DNA of 64,000 bases. It comes from Methanobacteriaceae archaeon. Its GTDB lineage: Bacteria > Cyanobacteriota > Vampirovibrionia > Gastranaerophilales > Gastranaerophilaceae. Each line of letters begins with the position of its first letter. Position 1 is the first letter of the stretch. The notes below the pieces were generated by a model, which did no database searches, was not told the DNA's origin, and was given only the letters and a program-made list of their open reading frames with translations. Of the stretch, positions 1 to 9,965 are shown in pieces. The position numbers and the translations under genes are program-made. Where the stretch lies: contig CAVCIU010000002.1 in the NCBI GenBank assembly GCA_963602355.1, forward strand, positions 28,223 through 92,222. Direction: 5' to 3'.

Positions 1-106
1 GCAAATTATTAAAAGAAGGTGAAAAATTCACCCCTTGCATGCAATCAATACAAGTTTGTGATATATTAAACCTAATAGCCGAGAAGAATTTGTTATAGGT
101 AGAATA

Positions 107-1234
107 GTGGAAAAATATAGAAGTTTTTATAAAAGAATATTAATTACAGTAATTTGCATTTTGGTTATTGTTTCAGTCTTTAATGTAATTATTGATCCCT
201 ACGTAGTGTTTCATACACCAGCAACAAAAATATCAAATTTAAAGCCTGAAGCTAAACGTCAAGAAAGAATGACAAAAATTACAGAATTCAAACTTGATAG
301 AAGAAAAATTGATACCGTTTTTATCGGGACATCAAGAATTGATTGGATTATAGACAAAGATTATTTTCATAAGGTTACAGGAAAAAATGCTACGAACCTA
401 GGAATTGTTGGTATGAACTTTGAAGAATACGCAACTTTTCCAAAAACGGTTATTGAAATTCACCCTGAAATTAAAAATATTTACTTGGGTCTAGATTTTT
501 ATATATTCAATAAAAATGTTATAGATAACCAAAAGCACGAAGGTTTTAATAAAAATCCTCGACTTACAACAAGTGAATTAGCAACTGTTTTGTTTGCAAG
601 TGATACAACTGTCTCTAGTTTTATCACAATATCTAAAAATCTTCACTGCAAAGATTTTATAAAAATGTATAGACACGATGGATTAATTTATATGTTTGAC
701 AATCCATTAACACGCTTCGTTTTTGAACACGTTGTCAGTGATTATATTGCTAGATTTAAAAACTATGAAATAGATACTACAACTTATGATAAGTTAAGAG
801 AGTTAGATTTATATTGCAAGAAAAAAGGTGTAAAACTTCATATATTCCATACAGAAGGACACACAATTGATTTAGCCACTATTTATATTGGTGGATATTG
901 GGATATTTACACTCAATGGAAAAAAGACTTAACAAATGTTTCAGATATATATGATTTCCATTACATAAACAAATATAGTACAGAAAAATTAAAACCAAGA
1001 ATGGAATATTTTTATGACATTGCACATGGAACACCAAAAACAGGAAATCTTATGATAGATAAAATGATTTTAAATAAAGGTGATTACGGTAGATTAAATA
1101 CAAAAGACAATATTGAAGCATTAACTGCTCAAGATACTAAAGATTTAAAAAATTGGCTTAAAGCCAATCCTGATTGGGTAAAAACTATAAATAAAATCAA
1201 AAAAGATGAGGAGGCAAAACAAGATGCTATTTAA
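107..1234 (+). CDS. membrane-anchored hypothetical protein, probable accessory partner of the downstream MBOAT O-acyltransferase
   Basis: 375-aa ORF (GTG start) with a single N-terminal TM helix (ILITVICILVIVSVFNVII). Its 3' end overlaps the MBOAT gene start, as seen for AlgJ/DltD-type partners. No nameable catalytic motif. Confidence 0.5.
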   Translation: MEKYRSFYKRILITVICILVIVSVFNVIIDPYVVFHTPATKISNLKPEAKRQERMTKITEFKLDRRKIDTVFIGTSRIDWIIDKDYFHKVTGKNATNLGIVGMNFEEYATFPKTVIEIHPEIKNIYLGLDFYIFNKNVIDNQKHEGFNKNPRLTTSELATVLFASDTTVSSFITISKNLHCKDFIKMYRHDGLIYMFDNPLTRFVFEHVVSDYIARFKNYEIDTTTYDKLRELDLYCKKKGVKLHIFHTEGHTIDLATIYIGGYWDIYTQWKKDLTNVSDIYDFHYINKYSTEKLKPRMEYFYDIAHGTPKTGNLMIDKMILNKGDYGRLNTKDNIEALTAQDTKDLKNWLKANPDWVKTINKIKKDEEAKQDAI

Positions 1235-2642
1235 CTCTATTGAATTTTTGTTTATATTTTTACCAATAGTCTTTTTTGTATATTTCTTTTTAAACAAAAA
1301 AAGACTTGTTAATCTTGCAACAGGGTGGCTTGTTATCGCATCACTTTATTTTTACGCATATTGGAAGATTGAGTATTTGCCAATTATTTTATGCTCAATG
1401 ATTTTTAACTATACAATCGGTGCTACACTTTCAAAAGGCGAAAACCTGAAAATCAATAAAAAAGCACTTATGATTTTTGGGGTAGTAGTTAATTTAGGAG
1501 CATTATTTTATTACAAATACTTTGACTTTGTACTTTATAATTTGAATAAAGTTTTTCACGGCGACTTCAATTATATGCACGTAGTTTTGCCATTGGCAAT
1601 AAGCTTCTTTACTTTCCAACAGATTGCCTATCTTGTTGATAGCTATCACGGAGAGACTAAAGAATATGATTTTTTAACTTATGCTTTGTTTGTAACGTTT
1701 TTCCCTCAATTAATTGCGGGGCCTATTGTTCATCACGGCGAAATGATGCCACAATTTGCGAGATTGAGAAATAGAATTATTAATCCTAAAAATATTTCTA
1801 TTGGCTTGTTTTTACTTGCAGTTGGCTTGATGAAGAAAGTTTTATTAGCAGATTTCTTCTCACCATTTGTTGCTCAAACATTTGACGTTATACCACATCT
1901 AACTTGTTTTGAAGCTTGGTGCGGAGCTTTGTCATATACATTCCAATTATATTTTGATTTTTCTGGATATTGCGATATGGCATTAGGGATTGGCTATATG
2001 TTTAATATTGTTTTACCTCAAAACTTCAATTCGCCATACAAAGCTACAAACCCTCAAGAATTTTGGCGCAGATGGCATATGACTTTATCAAGATGGTTAA
2101 GAGATTACGTTTATTTTCCACTTGGCGGAAGCAGATGTTCTACACTAAAAACTTATAGAAACTTGTTTACGACTTTCTTCTTGTGCGGAATTTGGCACGG
2201 AGCAAACTGGACTTTCGTTATTTGGGGAGCTATTCATGGTGTGGCTATTTGTATTCATAGATTTTTCAAAAAATTCGAATGGAAATTCAACCCTTATATC
2301 GCAACTTTGACTATGTTTGCGTTTTTGAATGTTACGTGGGTAATTTTTAGAGCAACAACTATCCATAGAGCGATTGATATTTATAAATCAATGTTTGGAT
2401 TTTACGGTTTTGCACCAATTGAAATTAACAAATTAAGATTTGCCTTTGAAAACGGCGATTTAAAATTGAGCTTTTTCTTGGTAATTCCTGCTATAATTAT
2501 TGTATTCTGTTTACCAAATTCAATAGAACTTGCTAAAAAATTCAAACCTAATTGGGTATATGGAATAGCAACATTCGTAATGTTATTAGCTTCAGTTCTA
2601 ACAATAAATAGAGTTTCAGAATTTTTATATTTCCAATTTTAG
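1224..2642 (+). CDS. MBOAT-family membrane O-acyltransferase (AlgI/DltB-like)
   Basis: Polytopic protein with FQQIAYLVD and WRRWHMTLSRWLRDYVYFPLGG (MBOAT His block). Preferred start is ATG 1224 (MLFNSIEF), 9 nt after GAGGAGG; the ORF-track start is 1206. Confidence 0.9.
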   Translation: MLFNSIEFLFIFLPIVFFVYFFLNKKRLVNLATGWLVIASLYFYAYWKIEYLPIILCSMIFNYTIGATLSKGENLKINKKALMIFGVVVNLGALFYYKYFDFVLYNLNKVFHGDFNYMHVVLPLAISFFTFQQIAYLVDSYHGETKEYDFLTYALFVTFFPQLIAGPIVHHGEMMPQFARLRNRIINPKNISIGLFLLAVGLMKKVLLADFFSPFVAQTFDVIPHLTCFEAWCGALSYTFQLYFDFSGYCDMALGIGYMFNIVLPQNFNSPYKATNPQEFWRRWHMTLSRWLRDYVYFPLGGSRCSTLKTYRNLFTTFFLCGIWHGANWTFVIWGAIHGVAICIHRFFKKFEWKFNPYIATLTMFAFLNVTWVIFRATTIHRAIDIYKSMFGFYGFAPIEINKLRFAFENGDLKLSFFLVIPAIIIVFCLPNSIELAKKFKPNWVYGIATFVMLLASVLTINRVSEFLYFQF

Positions 2643-2654
2643 AGGAGAAAATTA

Positions 2655-3686
2655 ATGAAAAAAGTTTTGATAATTAGATTGAGCGCATTGGGCGATGTAA
2701 TTTTCACAATACCACTTGCAAATACTTTGAAAGATAATGGCTACGAAGTTTCATGGCTTGTTTCTGAAAAAGGTTATCAACTTTTGAAAGACAATCCTTG
2801 CGTTGATAATGTTATTTTTGTACCTTTGGAAAAATGGAAAAAGAATAAAAATAAACTTCAAAATTTTAAAGAATATATTGACGTTATCAAAAAATTGAGA
2901 GCTGAAAAATTTGATATAGCAATTGATAACCAAATGCTTTGGAAAAGCTTCAGATTTATGAAATTCTGTGGTGCAAAACGTAGAATTATAGCTAGAGATG
3001 CAAGAGAATTGTCTTTTTTAGGAGGAAATGAAATTATTCCACCAATCAAAGAGGGTTATAAATTACACGTTATAAAAACTTATTTAAAATATGCACAATA
3101 TTTAGGCTTAAATACTGATAAAATCAAAGTTACACTTCCTCCTGTAAAAGAAGAAGTTAATAATAAAGTTGATGAATTATTGAAGGATTTGGATAATTCT
3201 AAAAAGACTGTTATTGTTGCACCTGCAACTACTTGGAAAGATAAACACTGGGAAAAAGATAATTTTCAAAAAGTTGTTGAAAATTTGAAAGATAGAGTTA
3301 ATCTTGTTTTTACAGGTATGGCACAAGATAATGATTTAATCGAATATATTTCAAAAGGTGTTGGCATAAACCTTAGCGGTAAAACAAATCTTGAGGAATT
3401 GAGAGCAGTTTTTGAAAGAGGGGACTTGTTGATTTCATTGGATAGCGGAAGCACACACCTTGCGTGGGCAACACAAAAACCAAAAATCCTTTCAATTTTT
3501 TGCGCAACACCTAAAAGTTTTTACGCACCATTGGGCGATGAAGATAAATATGTTGCAATGCAAAGTGAAGGTTGCAAACCTTGCCATAAAAGAAAATGTC
3601 CACTAAAATCAAACAAAAACAAATGCACCCTTTCACCAAGAGTTGAAGATGTTTTAGAAAACGTGTATAAATTATTAAATATTTAG
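2655..3686 (+). CDS. ADP-heptose:LPS heptosyltransferase (GT9, RfaC/RfaF-like)
   Basis: N-terminus MKKVLIIRLSALGDVIFTIPLANTLK and overall GT9 layout; SD GAGGAG upstream. Confidence 0.85.
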   Translation: MKKVLIIRLSALGDVIFTIPLANTLKDNGYEVSWLVSEKGYQLLKDNPCVDNVIFVPLEKWKKNKNKLQNFKEYIDVIKKLRAEKFDIAIDNQMLWKSFRFMKFCGAKRRIIARDARELSFLGGNEIIPPIKEGYKLHVIKTYLKYAQYLGLNTDKIKVTLPPVKEEVNNKVDELLKDLDNSKKTVIVAPATTWKDKHWEKDNFQKVVENLKDRVNLVFTGMAQDNDLIEYISKGVGINLSGKTNLEELRAVFERGDLLISLDSGSTHLAWATQKPKILSIFCATPKSFYAPLGDEDKYVAMQSEGCKPCHKRKCPLKSNKNKCTLSPRVEDVLENVYKLLNI

Positions 3687-3700
3687 ATTATAATAATTTT

Positions 3701-5449
3701 ATGGAAAATAATAGACCAAAAATTTCAATAGTTTCACCCGTTTATAATGTGGAAAAATTTTTAGCAAGATGCCTTGATTCTCTTGTTAATCAAACATTGA
3801 GTGATATTGAAATAATTCTGGTTGATGATAAAAGTACAGATAACTCATTAAAAATTTGCCGAGAATACGAACAAAAAGATAATCGTATCAAAGTCCTTGA
3901 ACTAGAAGGTTTTTTAGGAGTTTCTGCAGCACGTAACGCAGGCTTAAAAATTGCGACAGGGGAATTTATTGGTTTCGTTGATTCTGATGATTATATTGAT
4001 TTAGATTTTTATGAAAAACTATATAATTCAGCTATCAAAAACGATGCAGATATTGCTTATTCAAGCATTATTAGAAAATATCCAAACAAAGAAAAATTTA
4101 GACTAAAAATCGATGAAGAAAAAATTTCTGTTGAAGATGCTGATAAATTTTTCAGTTGCAAAGTCGTTGAAATGCCAAGTATTTGGAACAAAATCTACAG
4201 AAAAACATATTTCGACAGAGTTGGTCTAGATTTTGTTGAAGGAATGTACTACGAAGACAAACTTTTTGTCGCAAAAGCTGTTCATTTTGCAAACAAAGTT
4301 GTAGCTGTTCCTGAAATCAACTACTATTACATGGTAAACCCTGTTTCTATCGTAAGACGTAAACAAGATAAACAACTTGTTGCAGACAAAATCAAAGCAA
4401 AACGTGATACACTATATTTCGCAAAAGCTGAAAATATCAAGCTTCCAGATGGATATTTTACTGCGATGAAAAAAGAATTAAAAATCGGGAAACTTCCTAT
4501 TTACACAATAAATGAAAGTTTAAAATCAGAAACACATTTGTTATTCGGAATTTTACCAGTATACAAGAAAAAAACTTACGATAATGCTGTATTTATAAAT
4601 ATGAAAGGTCGCCAAGCAAATCAGATGTTTGAATGGGCTTTTGGTAAAGCATTCGCAAAAAAAACAGGTTATGACGTTATTTTTGACGACTCTGAAGAAA
4701 CTTTCAAACTAAAATGTTTTGAACTTTCTAATTATATTCAAACTATCGAAAAACCTTTGTACAAAAGAATTTTAAAGAAAATAGTATTCATTAGAAAATT
4801 GAGAAATAAGCTAGTAAAAATTAAAAACACAAGACCTGAATACGTTCAAAAAGATTTTTCATCTTACGAAGAAAATCTATTTGAAATCAAGCCTCCCGCA
4901 TACATTGACGGCTATTTTCAATCATATAAATATTTCGCAGATGTTATTGAAGATTTGAGAAAAGATTTTAAATTAACTTTTAAAATGAATTCTAAAAACA
5001 AAAAAATGCTTGAACAAATAAAATCTGGAACGTCTGTTTCTATGCACTTTAGACGTGGAGATTACCTAAAAGCAAAAAATCAAAAAATCTACGGTTCTTG
5101 CAGTATGGAATATTACCAAAACGCAATGAACTTAATGAAAGAAAAGATTGGCGAAGATTTTACACTATTCATTTTCTCTGATGATCCAAAATGGGTTAAA
5201 GAAAACGCAAATTTTGGCTGTAAAACAGTTGTCGTTGATATAAATTCAGGTAAACATGGTTGGTTTGACCTTGAACTGATGAAGAATTGTAACCACAATA
5301 TCATTGCAAATAGTAGCTTTTCTTGGTGGGGCGCATTTTTGAACGAAACACCTAACAAAGTTGTTATTGCACCAGAATATTGGCAAGCAAATTTCAAATC
5401 AAATAATGATATTATCCCTGATAATTGGTATATTCTGGAGAATAAATAA
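3701..5449 (+). CDS. bifunctional glycosyltransferase: N-terminal GT2 fused to C-terminal GT11 alpha-1,2-fucosyltransferase
   Basis: GT2 block ISIVSPVYNVEKFLARCLDSLVNQT..VDDKSTDNS..VDSDD. GT11 blocks SMHFRRGDY, IFSDDPKW, IIANSSFSWWGAFLN. Confidence 0.85.
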   Translation: MENNRPKISIVSPVYNVEKFLARCLDSLVNQTLSDIEIILVDDKSTDNSLKICREYEQKDNRIKVLELEGFLGVSAARNAGLKIATGEFIGFVDSDDYIDLDFYEKLYNSAIKNDADIAYSSIIRKYPNKEKFRLKIDEEKISVEDADKFFSCKVVEMPSIWNKIYRKTYFDRVGLDFVEGMYYEDKLFVAKAVHFANKVVAVPEINYYYMVNPVSIVRRKQDKQLVADKIKAKRDTLYFAKAENIKLPDGYFTAMKKELKIGKLPIYTINESLKSETHLLFGILPVYKKKTYDNAVFINMKGRQANQMFEWAFGKAFAKKTGYDVIFDDSEETFKLKCFELSNYIQTIEKPLYKRILKKIVFIRKLRNKLVKIKNTRPEYVQKDFSSYEENLFEIKPPAYIDGYFQSYKYFADVIEDLRKDFKLTFKMNSKNKKMLEQIKSGTSVSMHFRRGDYLKAKNQKIYGSCSMEYYQNAMNLMKEKIGEDFTLFIFSDDPKWVKENANFGCKTVVVDINSGKHGWFDLELMKNCNHNIIANSSFSWWGAFLNETPNKVVIAPEYWQANFKSNNDIIPDNWYILENK

Positions 5450-6244
5450 ATGGATTATGAAATAATTTCACTAGGGTGGAACTGTCAGCCAAGAACTTAT
5501 TTGACAAGATACGAACTTATACCAGACAAAAAGCACGGTCGTAAAAGTATGGTTTTTGACCTTACAATCCACCATACAAAAGGTTTGATAGAAGTTCTAA
5601 AATCAAATTTTGCGGATTATTTTGAGAATATTGAATATGGATTTTATGAACCTTTTAGATTAAATTATTGGCAAAACAAAAAATATGACATTGTTTTCAA
5701 CCACGATAGCGCTTTCAAAAAAAATGATTTTGATAAGTTAAAATCACGTTATCAACCTCGTATTGAAAACTTTAAAGAAGTTATGAACTCTGATAAATAC
5801 TTGTTTTTCGTTCACAATCTTGATGAAAACGCAGGTATTGATGAAGTAAAAGAATTGTATCAAGTTTTAAAAAGTTTGAGAGGCGAAAAACCTTTTAAAT
5901 TAATAATTTGGTCAACTTTCAAAAATCTTGAAAATGATTTAGAAAATGTTTCAATTTATTCAAAACTTCACCCTTTTGAAGATTTTGCAGATTGGTTCAA
6001 ACCAGAATGTCAAACAAAAACGTCAAAAGAATGGGAAAAAAGTTTGTGTAATTTTGTAAAAAGTGAAATTGAAAAAAAATTTGAAGTAAAAACTTTCAAA
6101 ACATCTATTCAAGATAAATTAAAAGAAAAAATCAAACCTATTCTTAAAAATATTTTCACAATAACAAACGACGTTGAACTAAACGCAAAAATCCTTGTTA
6201 TACTAGGAATAAAAATCAAGCTAAAAGAATTGAAGGAAAAATAA
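5450..6244 (+). CDS. DUF1796-like (papain-like fold) protein typical of glycan loci
   Basis: N-terminus YEIISLGWNCQPRTYL resembles the DUF1796 ISLGxxC signature. Start abuts the previous stop (TAAATG). Confidence 0.45.
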   Translation: MDYEIISLGWNCQPRTYLTRYELIPDKKHGRKSMVFDLTIHHTKGLIEVLKSNFADYFENIEYGFYEPFRLNYWQNKKYDIVFNHDSAFKKNDFDKLKSRYQPRIENFKEVMNSDKYLFFVHNLDENAGIDEVKELYQVLKSLRGEKPFKLIIWSTFKNLENDLENVSIYSKLHPFEDFADWFKPECQTKTSKEWEKSLCNFVKSEIEKKFEVKTFKTSIQDKLKEKIKPILKNIFTITNDVELNAKILVILGIKIKLKELKEK

Positions 6245-7218
6245 TGGCAACTATTTATAATGAAAAATTTAATGAAGATATAGTAAAACTTTTTACTTTT
6301 TGGATACCTTCAAAAACTCTACGTCATCAAATCAGAGGTAAACTTTGTTATGTGCCATTAGCAAATAGTTACAATGGCAAAATCATCAATAGAGGTGAAC
6401 CATCTCAACAAGTGGTTATAGACGAATTAAGAAAAGATAAACCTTCTTTGATTTGCAGATTTGGAAGTAACGAATATTTCACCGTTTACGAATGGCTAAA
6501 GAAACATAAATTTTCTAAAAGCCAAAAGAAAACAATGGGATTAGGTGTAGGCTTTTTCCCAACAACTGATGAATATATGAAAAGATTTGCGCTAGAAAGC
6601 TTGGAAATCGCAAAAGACATAGATGTTTTAGCAGTTTGGAATTTAAAAGAAGAAGAAAAATTCTGTCAAAAATATGTTAATCCAGACGTTGAATTCATAA
6701 CAATAGAAGACACTTGTCCGATTGATTCTCTCAACCCTTGGTCAGCAGAATTAAAAGGTAAAAAAGTTCTAGTAATTCACCCTTATGTTGAAACAATTAA
6801 GGAACAATTTAAAAAACGTGATTTATTATTCAAAAACGAAAATATTTTACCAGAATTTGAATTAAAAACTATAAAAGCAGTTCAAAGCATAGCTGATGAA
6901 AAAGCTGATTTACCATACAAAGACTGGTTTGAAGCCTTAGATAGTATGAAAAAACAAATCGATAATACTGATTTTGATATAGCAATCATTGGTGCGGGTG
7001 CTTACGGAATGTTTTTAGCACATTATTGCAAAACTCTTGGCAAAAAAGCAATCCACATGGGCGGTTACACTCAATTATTATTTGGAATTCTAGGTAAACG
7101 TTGGGAAACACATTTTCCAGAAATCTTTAAATACGCAAACCTTGAACATTGGACTCGCCCACAAGACAAAGAAAAACCAAAAGGCTTTGAAAAGGTTGAA
7201 GGAGGTTGTTATTGGTAA
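6244..7218 (+). CDS. putative GT-D type glycosyltransferase (DUF1792-like)
   Basis: SLICRFGSNEYF resembles the RFGDGEF motif of DUF1792. Rossmann-like IAIIGAGAYGMFLAHY. Start overlaps the previous stop by 1 nt. Confidence 0.45.
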   Translation: MATIYNEKFNEDIVKLFTFWIPSKTLRHQIRGKLCYVPLANSYNGKIINRGEPSQQVVIDELRKDKPSLICRFGSNEYFTVYEWLKKHKFSKSQKKTMGLGVGFFPTTDEYMKRFALESLEIAKDIDVLAVWNLKEEEKFCQKYVNPDVEFITIEDTCPIDSLNPWSAELKGKKVLVIHPYVETIKEQFKKRDLLFKNENILPEFELKTIKAVQSIADEKADLPYKDWFEALDSMKKQIDNTDFDIAIIGAGAYGMFLAHYCKTLGKKAIHMGGYTQLLFGILGKRWETHFPEIFKYANLEHWTRPQDKEKPKGFEKVEGGCYW

Positions 7219-8351
7219 TTAAGATGCCAATGAGACATCAAGTTTGCCATTTCATCAATTAGTTTAAATACTTTTTGCATATAAAAATCACTGTTTCTAC
7301 TGTATGCAAAATCTTTATGTGAATTCAACCATTCATCATTTCTTTGGTATGTCAAAATCTTTTCTGCCAAATCCTCTGGTTTCATAGGATCAAAAAATAC
7401 TGCTCTATCTCCCAATTGGTCAATATGACCTTGAAGGTTTGAAATAAACACAGGACAACCCACTGCCATAGCCTCTAAAGGTGGAATATTATCAGGTCCC
7501 AAAAGTGAAGCATAAGTTAATCCAAAAGCATTTTTATATAATGAAATAAGTTCATCTCTCGTTACAAAGCCTGCAAAGATAACGTTATTTTCTAAATCCA
7601 ATTTCTTTACTTGAGCCTTGATATAATCCATATTTCCCTGATTTGAACCAGTAAACACAAGTTTTAAATTTGAACCTTTATCTTTTAAAAGTTTTAGTGT
7701 TTGTACTAACATGTAGTGATTTTTATGCGCCCAAAATTGTGCTGGATAGTAAATATAGCCGTTCTTTTCAAGGTTATATCTTTCTAAAATTCTATCATCA
7801 CCCTTCAAACTGAAAACGTCCATTGGTGTAGGCATTTCAATAATTTCAACCTTATTTGACGAAATATTATAATAAGTACAAATATCATTTTTGCCGTCGT
7901 TTGTACCTATCACAATCTTTGAAGCTCTTGGAAGTGCATTATTATACATCTCCTCTCTTTTATAGAATTGTTTTTTTCTAGAAACCTCAGGAAAATACGG
8001 TGCAACTCTATGACCTAAGTCCCAAACTGTGAATACATAAGGTTTTTCACATGGTGCAAATTTTGGTGTGCAATAATATACAAAATCAATTTTATCTCTT
8101 TCCACAAGTCTAGAAAAAATATTTTTCTTTATGCAAGGGATAAAATAAAAGCCTTTAGCTTCTTTTCTAAGATTGATAAATTTAACTCTATCAGTGCTTT
8201 CAAAAGCATTTCCGCCTTTTGAATCATAATAAACATAGATTTCATGTTCTGTTGTATATTTAAGTAAAGACTCAATAAAATTTACCTCAAATGTATGTCC
8301 ACCACCGTGTGTAGCTCTTTGAACTTTACCTAAATAAAAACCTACTCTCAT
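7209..8351 (-). CDS. glycosyltransferase family 4 (GT-B)
   Basis: C-terminal GT4 signature ..LTYASLLGPDNIPPLEAMAVGCPVFISN.. The 3' end overlaps the convergent gene by 10 nt. Confidence 0.85.
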   Translation of the reverse strand: MRVGFYLGKVQRATHGGGHTFEVNFIESLLKYTTEHEIYVYYDSKGGNAFESTDRVKFINLRKEAKGFYFIPCIKKNIFSRLVERDKIDFVYYCTPKFAPCEKPYVFTVWDLGHRVAPYFPEVSRKKQFYKREEMYNNALPRASKIVIGTNDGKNDICTYYNISSNKVEIIEMPTPMDVFSLKGDDRILERYNLEKNGYIYYPAQFWAHKNHYMLVQTLKLLKDKGSNLKLVFTGSNQGNMDYIKAQVKKLDLENNVIFAGFVTRDELISLYKNAFGLTYASLLGPDNIPPLEAMAVGCPVFISNLQGHIDQLGDRAVFFDPMKPEDLAEKILTYQRNDEWLNSHKDFAYSRNSDFYMQKVFKLIDEMANLMSHWHLNYQ

Positions 8352-9475
8352 TATTTAAAATCCTTTATTAATTTACAAATATATTTAATATCATCTTCTG
8401 TCAAACTGCTTGCAGAAGGTAAATAGAAACCATTTTTAGTTAAATTATCAGTTACAGGATATTCACCACTTCCGTCGCAACCATAATCTAGCAAGCATTT
8501 TTGCTTGTGCATGCCAGTAAATAACAATCTTGTATCAACATTGTTTTCCTTTAAATGAGCTATCAATTCCTCTTTTGTATGACCGTATTTTTCAGGGTCT
8601 AAAAGAATTGTATTCATCCAGCAAACATTCACTGAATTTTCTTCATCTTTTTGGAAAGTTATACCTTCGACATCTTTCAAAAATTCTTTATAAAGATTAT
8701 GATTTTTAATTCTCATTTCCTTGTATTCGTCAGCCTTTTCAACTTGTGCAAGACCGATTGCAGCATGAATATTACTCATACGATAATTAAAACCAATATC
8801 GTTATGTTCATAAATACGAGGTGCATTGATTGGGAAACTCATATTTTTCAAATAACGACATGTGTCATAATACTTTTCATCTTTCATTACAACCATACCA
8901 CCCTCACCTGTTGTAAGGTTCTTGTTTGCAAAGAAAGAGAATGAAGCTATATTAGAGAAACTTCCAACTTTTTTGCCGTCATAAGTTGCACCATGAGCTT
9001 CTGCTGCATCTTCTATGATAAACAAATTATGTTTTTTAGCAATTCTTTCAATTTCTTTCATATTGCAAGGATTACCAAAAATGTGAACCGGCATAATAGC
9101 CTTTGTTTTATCAGTAATTTTTTCTTCTATCTTAGTAACATCAATATTCCAAGTATCCTTGTCGCAATCCACAAAAACAGGTTTTGCGCCAGTATAACAA
9201 ACCGAATAAGCGCTTGCAATCATAGTAAAATCAGGAAGAATAACTTCATCACCTTTGCCAATACCTAAAGCAGATAAAGCTAAATGTAAAGATACTGTAC
9301 CATTACAAACAGCCACACCATAATTACAGTCGCAATATTTTACAAAGCCTTCTTCAAATGCTTTTACGTATTTACCAGAAGATGAAATCCAACCTGTTTC
9401 CATACAATCTGCAACATATTTTTTCTCATTACCGTTAAGATACGGTTCACATACTGGAATAAACGAATGTGTCAT
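8351..9475 (-). CDS. DegT/DnrJ/EryC1/StrS-family PLP-dependent sugar aminotransferase
   Basis: Typical N-terminus (IPVCEPYLNGNEKKYV), DAAEAHGA and SFSFFANKNLTTGEGG (PLP-Lys block). Confidence 0.9.
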   Translation of the reverse strand: MTHSFIPVCEPYLNGNEKKYVADCMETGWISSSGKYVKAFEEGFVKYCDCNYGVAVCNGTVSLHLALSALGIGKGDEVILPDFTMIASAYSVCYTGAKPVFVDCDKDTWNIDVTKIEEKITDKTKAIMPVHIFGNPCNMKEIERIAKKHNLFIIEDAAEAHGATYDGKKVGSFSNIASFSFFANKNLTTGEGGMVVMKDEKYYDTCRYLKNMSFPINAPRIYEHNDIGFNYRMSNIHAAIGLAQVEKADEYKEMRIKNHNLYKEFLKDVEGITFQKDEENSVNVCWMNTILLDPEKYGHTKEELIAHLKENNVDTRLLFTGMHKQKCLLDYGCDGSGEYPVTDNLTKNGFYLPSASSLTEDDIKYICKLIKDFK

Positions 9476-9951
9476 TATACTAACTTAACCTCTTTACTGT
9501 CTACACCTGCAAAACGAACTTTATCTTGTTCACCAAGATATGGTCCTTGTTTAATTTCAACCATTTCAACTTCTTCTAAACATTCAAAACCGTGTCCTCC
9601 AAATGCTAAAAGAATTATATCGCCTTGATTTACAATATGACTTTCAATATATGTTTGGTCATCTTCATAAAAATCTACTCTCAATTTACCTTTCCTAATA
9701 ACCAAAACTTCTTTTGTATAAGAAACTTCTCTTGGTACGACATTATGAGTATGAGCATCGATTCTCTTACCTTTTGGGTGTTTCATATAAGCAAGTTGTT
9801 GCGAAAAATCGTTTGGAGTAAAAAACTCAACACCGTCTTTTGAATAATCATTACTAATAATTATCGCTAAAATCTTTCCGTTATGTTCAATTTGTTTGAT
9901 ATTATCCATTTTAATTCCTTTTTCATTATTATAATATAAATATTTTTTCAT
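9475..9951 (-). CDS. cupin-fold sugar-nucleotide modifying protein (FdtA/WxcM- or WbuC-like)
   Basis: Cupin His cluster (DAHTHNV) and beta-rich core, translationally coupled to the aminotransferase. Alternative start ATG 9909 (MDNIKQ) with an AAAGGAA SD is plausible. Confidence 0.55.
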   Translation of the reverse strand: MKKYLYYNNEKGIKMDNIKQIEHNGKILAIIISNDYSKDGVEFFTPNDFSQQLAYMKHPKGKRIDAHTHNVVPREVSYTKEVLVIRKGKLRVDFYEDDQTYIESHIVNQGDIILLAFGGHGFECLEEVEMVEIKQGPYLGEQDKVRFAGVDSKEVKLV

Positions 9952-9965
9952 GATAAAATAAAAGT

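Noticed and set aside
2145-9268. Antisense or embedded ORFs of 60-97 aa inside the glycan-locus genes (for example 2145-2366, 2751-3049, 3266-3454, 5113-5397, 8651-8944, 8993-9268).
   Set aside because: Each is fully contained in a longer ORF with clear family motifs. Their compositions are Phe/Ile/Lys/Asn-rich, as expected for out-of-frame AT-rich DNA.
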